A DNA stretch of 64,000 bases from Cetorhinus maximus (taxonomy: Eukaryota): assembly GCF_964194155.1 (NCBI RefSeq), contig NC_135916.1, positions 1,302,001 to 1,366,000 on the forward strand. The letters run 5' to 3'. Positions within the stretch are counted from its first letter, which is position 1; each line of letters opens with the position of its first letter. Below, in pieces: positions 52,040 to 64,000 of this stretch. The position numbers were made by a program, and so were the translations under genes. Below the pieces are notes generated by a model, which made no database searches, was not told the origin of the DNA, and saw only the letters and a list, made by a program, of their open reading frames with translations.

Positions 52040-54899
52040 GTTGCATTCATTTTGTTACCTCCAGTATTTATAACATATGTGAATGTATATATTTTTCCCT
52101 CCGTGTATCACTCAGTATCTGCAACGTTTGCAAGACTGGAATTAACTCAATCTTTAATATTTTAACGTGCTATCTCCTCAAGTGAGATTTCATTTGAATC
52201 TCTCAATGTCTGGAAGTTGATGTGAAGTTCAAGTTGATATTCATATAGTCAACTGCTAGAAGTGCGTTTTCCTTGTGTGTCAATCGGTGACATATTGCCT
52301 GACTGTGGATTTGGCCCTGTAGCATTCGGATTTTTCTCATTGTTATGTTCTCAGTGTATGTTTGTGGTTTTATCCCTGTATTTCATTCACTGGTACTTTG
52401 CATCAGATGAAGATAATTCATTGCTTCTCAGCGTCTAGTATAATCTGTGAGTTTGGCCATGGTTCTATAATTGTCAGTCTCTCAAACTGAATGTGAGTTT
52501 GTAATAACTCAGTCTTTAAGAGCAACTAGCTGACAATGACTGTGTGATTTATTCCACTAAACTGTGCATCTGGCTTGCATGGGTATGTTCCACTCTCTGC
52601 GTATCTCTCATTGTCCTTTACAGTGCATGATTTGGGGATTAAATTGAACATGACAGTTTCCAATAGGCTATGTGATTGTGGGGTTATTTCTGTAGTTTTA
52701 TGTTTTCACCTATTCTATTTGAATGAGATCTTTTCTGTCTCATTCAGATTCAGGTAGTGTAGTGAGTGTGGGATTTATTATAGAGCTTTCAGACTTGGCA
52801 CATTCCGTGACTAACAACTGCATCATGGATTTTTCCTTCCCTGACACTGCGTATGTAGGGATAATTATCTAGTTGCCGTTCTCGTGTACGCTTCGATTTT
52901 TTTTTTGTATTTATAGCTGTAATTGACGTGTGTGTGAATGTGGGAGGAATTTTGCACCTGTGTTTATCAGCCCATCTTATTTGGAATATTATTCAATCTG
53001 TATCTGTGTTTCACCATTGTTGTAGGTAAGTGAGAGATAAGACTATATCTGGACTTTTAATGAAACGTGTTGGAATATATTTTTATGAAACCCTCAACAT
53101 AGCAGCATTTGTTAACCTTTGGTTTAACCTGTAACATTGGCTTCATGTGTTTTGTAGTCACAGGTTATATTCAATAGTTCCCTCTGATTTGTGGAATGGC
53201 ATTTAATTTTTAGCTCTGTGAAAACAATTGTGAATATTACAGCTCCTTTAATCAGATACACAGCCTCATATATATTTTGTGCATTTTTTATAAAGGGATT
53301 GCTGGTGACTCTATACTGATGCTGCCATTTTTGGTGTGAAATTTGCAGATCTGTCTAAATTCTAAGGGACTGCATTGCTATTCATTCAGTCCCTTTCCAT
53401 CAGTTATTTATTGTCTAATGAGGCTCAGAATAATTAATTAATTTCTGACCAACGCAACACAATATAATTAAATCTGTTATTTGGTGTGTTTTCCGTTAAC
53501 ACTTTGATTGATGTACCCTCCTCTCATCTCGGTTACATGGAAATAAAAACAAACAACAACAAAAATCAGACTCTCCTGCTCAGTTTGTATCTTGCATTGA
53601 AAAGTTTTCTCTTCCCTTTGAAACAATGTGGGAATTAATAAATATATATTTGTGACTGTGGAGAAAGTGACCTGGAAGTTTCTCTGCTCTCAGTGAATGG
53701 TCCTGTACCTACCTTGTGTTGTTGCTATCTCACATTTTCACCTTGTTTATTTTGTGACTTTTGAAGTTGTTACTATTATCTACCTTTGTCACTAACATCA
53801 TCATGCAACTTTCCTACCCATAGCACAGCTTGTGAGCTGAGACTTCTTTGTCACTTTTAATGTTGTACCTTTCAACCATTATTCATTCCTGATATTTCGA
53901 CTGCAAATTGATTTCTTAATTTGGAGGCCTGTACTATTATTTCATAAATTTTTCCATGTAAAAATATGAATGTGAGTTTCACTTTTGGAACGCATGGATG
54001 AAAAGAATATTTTGCCATTTTACTTGAACAGATATCTCCCTCTTTGCTGGATCAGTTCTATGAATTGCATTGACAGTCACTGGGATTCATTTATGTATTT
54101 GATTCTGTATCTATTGTTTCTGGGATGGAAGAGTAACATTGCTTTTTAACTCTCAATCTTTGAATCTCATTACAATGCGTATGTCAAATTTTGTTTTGTC
54201 TGATTTTTCTCATAAATATTTAAATGTCATGTTTGTTGTCATCTAAGTCTTTGTTTCTGTCTCCATCTGCCAGTTTTTTTTATGAGTGTGAGTTTTAAAC
54301 TGCTGGGTGTGCTTTCACATATGTGAGTATGATTTCTATTTCTTAAACTGCTGCTGTATTTATCTGTTTCTGGGATTCTTAATGTGACTGCGACTCAGTA
54401 CCTGTCAGGTTCTGGTAAGTGATTGCTGTTCTTAGAATGTCCAGTTGTTTTACTTTCTAGCACTTCCTTACTTGCTATTGAGCTTTTTTTCCCTTGCTCT
54501 CTCCATTAGTTTGTGGCATGTGAATGTGAGTGCTATTCTGTATCTGTCAATAACTGCATTGCGAGCGTGGGTCATAATTGCAATTGGCAGTTTTAGGTAT
54601 GTGTCTGGAATGCAAATGTGAATTTTACACTGCAGTTCTCACTTTTGAATGTCTGAACGTGTGTTTGAGATTACTTCACCGACTTTGACAATGTAACTAT
54701 GATTATTCTCAGTACATTTTCTATGAGTATAGCCTACATTCTTTATCTATTAGTGTCTTATCAGCAAATGTAAGACTTATTCAAAATCTCTCAGTATTAT
54801 AGTATTGTCATTGTGCGATTGATGATGTGTCTGTGCATGCCTGCTTTTATCTGTGTTTGGGTCTGTGTGAGAGACAGAGAGAGAGAGCACGTCTGAAGA

Positions 54900-54931
<32 letters not shown>

Positions 54932-57300
54932 AGTGTGTTCATGGTGTGTTTTTGTGTTTACGCTCCTTCTGTCTCTCTAATGTTTTTATGGACTTATCTT
55001 TTTATTTGACATTGTTCAATATAGAAATGTGCATGTTGATTGGTACTCATAATTATCTGGCATGATGACATGGATTCATTCTGTACAAGACCAATTCTTC
55101 CCTTTTCAATTTTGATAGTCTTGGCTGTAAGCAGTAACTGTGAGGTTTGGTGTATGTAAGTTTGCATTTTATCAGTATGAGTTTGTGGTATTCAATCCTT
55201 TTCAGATATGAGTTTGTGGTATTCAATCTACCCACTCATTTCCAGTTTGTGTTGTGAGCATGTCTTTTACTTTGTTAAAGTGAGCATTTATTTTATGAGA
55301 CTCTGCATTTACAGTGAATGTGATGTATGAATGCGGCTTTAATCTGAACCAATTTGATTCAGTTTCTTGTTTTATTTTCGGTGCTCAAATCTCTGTTTTA
55401 CAAGTGATATATTCCATTCTGCTTGTGTCAATTTTTGATGAACTGAACAATAGTTTTTGTGAGATTCTGTTGATATTTTGTGTCTGAATATGGGATTTCC
55501 TTTGTACATGTCAGATTTTTGCATGAAGGAATGTTTATCAACTGCAACTAAGCAAAGCCAAAATATTCTCAACTGGATGTTGGAAAACTCAAAAAAAGGA
55601 AAGAAAATTGCTGGGAATACTGAGCAGGCTTGTCAACATCTGTGGAGAAAAAGCTGCACTGCCCGTTATCTGAAATTCCTGATGCGATGGAAGGTCATTT
55701 GCCTGCAATGATCACTCTCAATCTTTCTCCACAGTTGTTGCCTTCCCTGCTGAATATTTCCAGCATTGTTAGTGTTTTTTTCCTCCCCGTCTGTGTTAAT
55801 TCCCAGCTGATAAATATCACTCTGCAACTGACAGAGTCTGATAATTACATTTCACATTTATTCTGTCAGAATCTCCAAGTGCATTTTACTCTGTGACTCT
55901 CATTTATGTCTGTGTTTGTGTCATTGTCGATTCTGTCAAACAAAAATATTGATCAATGATGACCACATTTCAGTTTTCCATTTACTATGAAAGCATGAAC
56001 CTACTTTCCATGTCCCTCTCAGTTTATGGAACGGGGTGATTTGTATTGATCAGCAACTTAAAATTTTTAATTCATGTTCATGTGTGTTTTTACAGTAGCC
56101 ATCAAGATTAGCGATGTGTGTAGCCATGCTTCTCCTGTTTTGAAAAGACTTATGGAAAATTTGATTTGTTTCTGCATCTCTATGTCCCTGGTATGTGCCT
56201 GTGGTTTTACAATGTAATTGTTTGTCTCTGTTATGGGAATCCGGGCTAGTTCTGTTTTGGCAGATTCTCCTCCGAGAGTGGTTTTATGTTATTCTCTGTA
56301 CTTGTCAATATCTGCTTTGTGAGTTAAGTTTTAACCATTTTTTGTTTGTAGTGATATGTCGAAGTGAGTATTTATGACAATATTCCTCTGGCATGTCTAT
56401 GCACGCCTCCATTAACAAAAATATACTCTATCTTTATTTCTGATATTGAATTAGATTTTGGAATGGAATTTAACTCGTTGCTTTGAGAGAACTTTGCATG
56501 TATTCATGAATAATACTGTAAACATTAATTGCCTGATATTTAAGTTGCTGCTAATCTTCTACTCTTGTGACATGAATGGACTGACCTTCAATCTGATAAT
56601 GGTTGTGATTTGGGACTGAAATTGGTGGTGTTGTGGTTTCTTCTAATAATCGACCACAGTGACACAGATAAAGGTTAAGAATTGTTTATTAAAGGGAACA
56701 ACAGGAAGGGTCTGCTCCCTTTGGCTGTCTATAAACAGAACTCTACCGATTACAGGATAACAATCTTTTTTAAACACTAAACAGTTCATGTACACATTAC
56801 ACTATTCTAATTCCAGTCTTGGCAGTACATAATCAAATGACAAGCAGATGTCACCAGTCCGAGGAACATACATTTGCTTTCGCAAGCAGGGCCTCTTCAT
56901 CTCGTTCTAGCCTGGCTCTATCCTGGGTACTGTTTGTCATTACCCTTATGTGTTTATCTTCGTCCACTTTCTATCTCCTAACCAGTTAATCCCTTTTTAT
57001 CCTTAAGGTCATCCTGGAGAGAGCTGCTGATACTGGCCCTTATGGTGTACAAGGTTTCACTCGAGAATTTTGCTGACCTTTGGTTTGGCTAAAAACATAG
57101 AAATCGCTGCTTACCTCTTACAGTGGGCCTACCATTCAGCAGTACCTTGTAGTAGTGTTTTGTGGGGGTTATAATTCAGTCTCCCCTGTGTGTTAGCCTA
57201 CTGGATTGATCATGTGTATCAGGGTTTGAGTTCAATTCGAGTCTGACTATTTCTGCTCTGGGTGATGGTCACAATGATGTTTTGTCTGTATCTGTGCACT
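52040..57300. repeat. Degenerate ~40-bp array, unit 3
   Basis: Colinear with 8450-15360; same CTGTA(C/T)CTGTCA..TGTGAGT motifs. Confidence 0.55.
56629..57122. mobile_element. Probable solo LTR, 494 bp
   Basis: TGT...ACA ends; 4-bp TSD GTGG at 56625 and 57123; empty site TTGGTGGACC in units 1 and 2. Confidence 0.8.
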
Positions 57301-57350
57301 CTTGGACCAGGATCGTACCTGCTGCCAGTTAGAAGGAGATAGCTGCACCT

Positions 57351-58185
57351 CTATGTTGGCTGGTGAAACTTGAGCTTGAAACTGATCCCTTCATTAACCT
57401 GCCAGAGAGGAAGAAAGATATCTCCAGTAACTCAAAATCAGCTGAGGTCAGTAAAAGGCAATAGATCAATGTAATATTTCAACTGATAATCAATTTCAAA
57501 AATACTGTACATATTATGGCGGACAACGAAAAAACTACAGTGTTTAATTCCACTTCTAACTATTGAGAGACATTCAGAAACAACCCACATCTGTACGACT
57601 CCAAGGGTGTCACTACGGGGGCCCAGAGATTTTAATTTCAGGACAGATTTTAATTTCCAGCTCCCTTTGTAAGAACCGCCAACTCAATCTAACTGTGGAA
57701 GGGACAATGTTTCTTTGAGACGCCTCAGCAGAACAGCTGGTGCCTGCAACACGTGTCGTTAACATTACTGCTCCACTCCTTACTCTCCGTCTCTTTCCAC
57801 TATTCACTGTCCAAAAGCCAACAAGTTGTGTGAATCAGAAGCTAAACTTGGAATATGCATTACAGGTTTGAGGAGAGAAAAAGAAAATAATAGTTTTCAA
57901 TTGCAGCTTCCTCAAGTTCTGTCTCTCTCAGCAGGGCCACACAGCCCCAGAAAGGCCTCTCCCCGTCCACCCGCTCACTCCAAGTTCCGGAACACGTTCC
58001 CGCTCCGCTCCGCCTCTTACAAACAGCCCCCGGTTCTCCCTGAACTTACCCCGAGTCAATGTTGATTTCTGTGTCCACACTGACAAATCGGTGCCCTGCT
58101 GGAATCAGAACGCTGTTTACTCGCTTACCCGGGCCCTAATATTTCCATTTCTATCTGTTTGAAACAAAGGTCTCCCGCTCACTGA
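57351..58185 (-). ncRNA. Putative spliced unknown gene (copy 3)
   Basis: Core ~57910-58185; donor exon end 58129; acceptor shifted by 4 nt; GCGCATGCGC ~58227 and ATGCGCATGTGC ~58277. Confidence 0.4.
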
Positions 58186-58311
58186 GTAAAAGGCCGTCAA
58201 GGGTAGTGGTTGGGGGGAGGGGAAGCGCGCATGCGCTCGTCTTGTCACCGATAAATTCCAGAACGCAAAGCTGCAATGCGCATGTGCTTTTGGAAACTAA
58301 CTCAGAAGAAA

Positions 58312-59097
58312 CCAAAACAAAAACAGAATTACCTGGATAAACTCAGCAGGTCTGGCAGCATTGGTGGAGAAGAAATCAGTCAACGTTTCGAGTCTTCATG
58401 ACCCTTCGGCAGAACTGAGTATAGTTAGGAGAAAGATGAAATATAAGCTGGTTTAAGGTGGGGGGGCGGGGGGAGAGAGAAGTTGAATGTGTGGTGATTG
58501 TGGAGATAAGCAAGCAGTGATAGGAGCAGATAATCAAAAGATGTTACAGACAAAAGGATCAAAGAGGTGTTGAACGTGGTGATATTGTCTAAGAAAGGTG
58601 CTAATTAAGAATGGAAGACATGACACTCAAGGTACAGCTCTCGTGGGGGTGGGGTGGAAAGACTAACAAAGTTTTAGTCTTAGATTTAAAAATAATGGAA
58701 ATAGGTTGGAAAAGAAGAATCTATATAAATTATTGGAAAAAAAAAGGGAGGGGGGAGAAACGGGGTGGGGATGGGGGGAGGGGGAGTTTAAGATCTAAAG
58801 TTGTTGAATTCAATATTCAGCCCGGAAGGCTGTAAAGTGCCTAGTCGGAAGATGAGGTGCTGTTCCTCCAGTTTGCATTGGGCTTCACTGGAACAATGCA
58901 GCAAGCCAAGGACAGACATGTGGGCAAGAGAGCAGGGTGGAGTGTTAAAATGGCAAGCGACAGGGAGGTTTGGGTCATGCTTGCGGGCAGACCGCAGGTG
59001 TTCTGCAAAGCGCTCACCCAGTTTGCGTTTGGTCTCTCCAATGTAGAGGAGACCGCATCTGGAGCAATGAATGCAGTAGACTAAGTTAGGGGAAATG
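58312..59097 (-). mobile_element. Penelope 3' fragment (GIY-YIG end plus terminus)
   Basis: Reverse complement of ~18195-18975; hammerhead-like motif 58377-58417. Confidence 0.92.
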
Positions 59098-61120
59098 TCA
59101 GAACAAACCAGGTCACCTGATCCTTCCCCATGTCAATTTCCTCAGGCTTGAGCATAGGAATTGGAATGTGGGGAACGGGCAGAGACATTACGAGCGGGAG
59201 GGCCATCCCTGGATTAAATCCAAACTGGGCGTCTTTGCTTTTCATTCCAGGATTCCGCAAATTAAGCCTCATGTCGAATAGGTGTGTTTGCTGTTATAGC
59301 TCAGAACTTAATATCAGATCGTAAAAGTCTCAGGTTAATATAATCAGATTGAAAATGTCAGTCACTGACTGTCGTATTCAACAATTTTAGTCGAAGTTTT
59401 CCCGAGAGTTCCAGAGTTTATAGAATGTTTCGTTTCATTATTATTACCTCAACATCTGTCACTTTCCTGGACTGTGGGACAGAAATGTCTCTGCCTCTCG
59501 TCCAATGTTAGTGAGAGATGAGACCAGGCATCTCTCACCGCTGGGGGGATTTATAAGTGCCGGTCTTATCAATCAGCTCCAGAATATTGGGTGCTCCAAT
59601 AAGGAAACCTATTAATCTTCTAAGCTCCAATGATTATAAGTCCAACGTGTTCAAGATTTCCTCACCAGTCAACAAGATAATCGCAGGAAGCTGCTCATGA
59701 ACATTCCCTGAATTGTATCAAGAGATCGATATTATCCTTTTGTTCTAGCGGATGTTTGAGACACAATTATGAATTGTGATATGTGTATATTCTGTTGAAA
59801 TAGTGACAGTGTGTCTTTTTTCACCCGATAATGGGTATGATGGTCACTCATTGTTATATTGTCACACGGTAGAGAAATGGAGGCTAATTGTTCTCTCTCT
59901 CTCTCTCTCCCACACACTCACACACACGTAGACACGCAATCACAAATACACTTGACCCCGCTCTTTGTCCCCAAACCCTCTACTTCTGTTGATGTGCATG
60001 TTACTAATGTTATTGATAGGACAAAGTCAACTGACACTAACAATCCGCCCATGTGATGTGTAGGACTGTCACTGTTTATTCTCTCAGAAATTCAGGTCTG
60101 ATATTTCATCATATCATCTCCAGTCAAAAATCGAACTGTGCTCTGAAAAACTCTGCGATTGTCAGCAACGTGAACTTGCGCGAAAATGCTTCCATACATA
60201 ACTGGACTTCTCTGGGTGTTGAGATTGGGATAAAATGCAATTGGTGAAATTGTGAATTCTCAGTTCAGGAGGAGCAACGTTAAAAGGGAAATCTAGAGCG
60301 ACTGGGAGCAGATAATTTGTATTGTCACCAGAAATAAACATCTTGATGTGAGCTAATCAGACAATTACCTGAAATCATATATAATTGGCTCTACCCCAGA
60401 TTCTGCAAATCAGACTCTCTGCGGGTCCAATGCCTCAGAGAGTTTTATGTTCGCTGAATTCACACTCGACAGCAAATAAATAGAAACCGGAGCAAAGATC
60501 GAAAAGAGATGGAAATCTCTACCGAGACATTCACAATTGTTAATCATGTTACTAATGAACCTTTAAATGTGAAGATTGTGTAAGAGAGAGTTTGAAGTGG
60601 GCGGGCGAGTCAGAGGAATGAAACTGTGTTTGTGTGTCCGTTCTGATCAGGAAATTCCCGAGCCCCGCTTGGGTAAAATCAAAATATTTTCCAATGGAAG
60701 ACAACCCCTGCTCCCCAGCTTAACCCCAAAGTGAGATTTCAAGACAATTTCTTTGTTGTTATCTAGAGTTCGGTCTAAAAGTAGAGGTCATGTCAGAGAT
60801 CGGGTGAAGGAGCCGCAGTAAATCAGGTTTTAATCGAAATTCGAGTCTTCAATTCGCGTGAAATCTTTTTGGCAGCGAACATTACAGTGTTTGAGATAAG
60901 AACGATTTAGTTTGGGACACTGGAGAGCCGGAATTTCCATGGAATTGGGGAGTTTGTGAGGAGAGAAAAACACAGAGAGGCAGCAGCAGCCTGGAGCTGA
61001 CAGCAGCCTGTCTCCGCCCCGTCCGCTCGCTGCCTTTAAGTTGCTCAGTGCCGCCACCAGCGGCTTCATTTCTCAGCCCGTTCAGATTGACAGTGACACT
61101 TTTGTGCAGAGTCCCGGAAC

Positions 61121-61777
61121 ATGACCGATACTGCAGCCGCCGAAACGGCTCCTCCAGCCGCTCCCGCCGCCCAGGTCAAGTCTCCCAAGAAGAAGAAGAA
61201 GGCGGCTCCCCGTAGCAGTGCAGCCGCTCCCAAGCTGGGCGAGCAGATCCTCAAGGTTGTGGCGGATTGCAGCGATCGCAAGGGGATGTCGCTGCCCGCG
61301 ATCAAGAAGGCGCTGCGCGGCAATGGGGTGGATGTGGAGAAACTCGGCTCCCAGATCAAGCAAAGCATCAAGAGGAATGTGAAGAATGGCTTCCTGGTTC
61401 AGGTCAAGGGCACGGGCGCCTCGGGCTCCTTCAAAGTCCCTAAGAACCCAACCCCGGGGAAAGTGGGAAAGAAGGCGAAGGCAGCAGCTGGCAAGAAATC
61501 TCCAGTGAAGAAAGCGGCAGCCAAGAAGGTGACAGCAAAAAAAGCAGCGGCCAAGAAAACTCCAGTCAAGAAAGCACCGGCCAAGAAAACTCCAGTCAAG
61601 AAAGCAGCGGCCAAGAAATCCCCAGCGAAGAAAGCAGCGGCCAAGAAAACAGCCAAGAAGGCGGCAACTCCAAAAAAGCCGGTGAAGAAAGCAGCCCCCA
61701 AGAAAAAGTCTCCGGCCAAGAAGGTGTCGGGCGTCAAAAAAGTGGCGATAGCGAGGGCCAAGCCCAAAGGGAGATAA
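61121..61777 (+). CDS. H1: Linker histone H1, 218 aa
   Basis: Paralog; stem-loop 61835-61850. Confidence 0.97.
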   Translation: MTDTAAAETAPPAAPAAQVKSPKKKKKAAPRSSAAAPKLGEQILKVVADCSDRKGMSLPAIKKALRGNGVDVEKLGSQIKQSIKRNVKNGFLVQVKGTGASGSFKVPKNPTPGKVGKKAKAAAGKKSPVKKAAAKKVTAKKAAAKKTPVKKAPAKKTPVKKAAAKKSPAKKAAAKKTAKKAATPKKPVKKAAPKKKSPAKKVSGVKKVAIARAKPKGR

Positions 61778-62652
61778 GCAAAGACAGAAAAGAAGGGAAA
61801 GATCCCGAGCAAATTGTAAACCTCTAAACCCTAAGGCTCTTTTCAGAGCCGCGCACATTTCACATGAAAGAGCTGATCCCCTAATCATTTGATCCCTGTC
61901 TCGGAGCTGGGAGCAGATTTCAGATGGAAATGTTTCTTTTTCCTTCCACTTAAATCCCATTTTCCCGCTCAGTCACTGACACACTCTCCACCCGTCCCCT
62001 CCCGCACTGTGCAATAAAACACAGGGATATCCTTACAGCTCCCTATCCGGGATGTGTCCTAGTGCATTCAATGTTTATCTTTTCTTTATTCACATTTGCA
62101 GGGTGAGAGTCTGCAATGGAGTGAGCATCGCTCAAAATTCCGCCTCACAACTAAGGCCCATACCTGTTGTTTCTCTAATTCTGTTGGAAGAGATGTTAGG
62201 GAATTTCTCAATCCCTTTATTTCATTGTGGAGGGGAGGGGTCGTGGGCGAGTCTAGAGTTGTGTTGGTATAGAATAGGAGAGGGATTGAAATAGACGTAA
62301 ACATTTGACGCTTAATAGAATTGCAGTATCGAGGGGGGGATATTACTGAGAGGATTGGATTTAATAAATTCGATTTTCGAGCTAGCTGGTTAATGATGTT
62401 GAAGTATTTCAGTTACGTTTAAAGCTCTTTGTTCAATTCTCTTCAGAATTTGATAAATAAATGTATTTCGGGCAGGCAGGAGGAGGAGCTGGTTTACCAG
62501 AGACATTGCCCTGTCTGTCACTCAGTCTGTCTCGCCCCGCCTCTCACACTCTCACTCTCTCTCTTCTCTCCCTTCCTCAGTCAGGTCGGGGCGGGCTGTA
62601 TAAAAGCGGAACGTGAAGCAGCTCCCCACTCATTCAGCAGTGATTTGACTGA

Positions 62653-62973
<321 letters not shown>

Positions 62974-63462
62974 ACAAATCGACCCGACTCTATAACAAAA
63001 CCCAAAGGCTCTTCTAAGAGCCGCCCACAACCTCACATTGAGAGCAGTGACCTCGGAGAGGGAAAGCGAGGTTTTTGTATTTTGCCATTAGTTCCTTCTC
63101 CTTTCTGAATACAATCATCAGTCACACAAATTTCACTGTTTAATTTGGTTCGGTTTTCATGAATTTACTTCATTTCTTCCTCCCGAGACTAGATTCCAAT
63201 CTTGGCTCCCAAAATAACACCGAGTTCACAAGAAAAAAAATCATCATTTATTGCACTTTGATCAGTAGCAACTATTTTGAGACACATCATTCTCGCTTCT
63301 TCGCTCTGTTTTTACCCTGTCTTTTTTAGCCGCTTCTCTTCCTAGGTCTCTGACGAATGAAAGGACCTGGGAGGTACCAGTAGATGAGCTTTACATGGAT
63401 CAGCCGGTATCGATGCAGCATGTTGCCTGGTTCCAGGGAGCACTGAGCAGAGCTTTATCCTG

Positions 63463-63673
63463 ATAAAAGCAAAAAAACAGCGGATGCTGGAAATCCAAAA
63501 CAAAAACAAAAATACCTGGAAAAACTCAGCAGGTCTGACAGCATCTGCGGAGAGGAACACAGTTAACGTTTCGAGTCCGTATGACTCTTCAACAGAATTA
63601 AGGAAAAATAGAAAAGAAGTGAAAGATAAGCTGGTTTAAGGGGGTGGGACATGTAGAGCTGGATGGAGGGCCA
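63463..63673 (-). mobile_element. Penelope terminal fragment
   Basis: GCGGATGCTGGAAATCCAAAACAAAAAC..; hammerhead-like motif 63560-63600. Confidence 0.85.
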
Positions 63674-64000
63674 CTGGCCTGTTTCAGGACGATCAATGAA
63701 AGAATCCGGATATAAACGGGAATGTACGGCAAATATTTAGTGGCCCTTGACGCGAAATACTTTTAAAACAGATGTTGCAGCAAACATGACACAGAATATT
63801 ACCGATTCATTGATTGAAGGATAAAATGCTGTTGATCACGAAGGATCTGCATCCTATACCGTACGGAAGGGTGAAGTGGAATCTCCGCTTTTGGTGCATG
63901 GTCTGGACTGTGAAGATGCATTTACGCACATTGTGGAAGATCTTTCAAATATATAAAGTTAGAAATAAAGATGGTTTACACAAAGTGTCCGCAAGCTCCT

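Overview
Vertebrate genomic DNA, most likely a cartilaginous fish (inferred from the CR1, Penelope and tRNA-SINE repeat types; not checked by search). The window holds about 3.2 copies of a ~17-23 kb tandem histone-gene unit, with H1 starts at 3114, 21873, 44416 and 61121. Each unit reads H1(+), H4(+), H3.2(+), H2A(-), then a long T/TG-rich spacer. Unit 1 keeps only the H2A promoter, and no H2B is present anywhere. All histone genes carry the 3' stem-loop and a histone downstream element (HDE). Each complete spacer also carries (i) several kb of a highly decayed ~40-bp tandem repeat and (ii) a ~270-bp non-histone GC-rich block conserved almost as well as the histone CDSs. That block has paired NRF1-type sites, two minus-strand GT donors and a downstream acceptor, suggesting an unannotated spliced gene co-amplified with the histones. 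The spacers also contain CR1 fragments, Penelope-like elements with hammerhead-like termini, a tRNA-SINE, a solo LTR and one N gap. All alignments were done by eye, so repeat boundaries are approximate.
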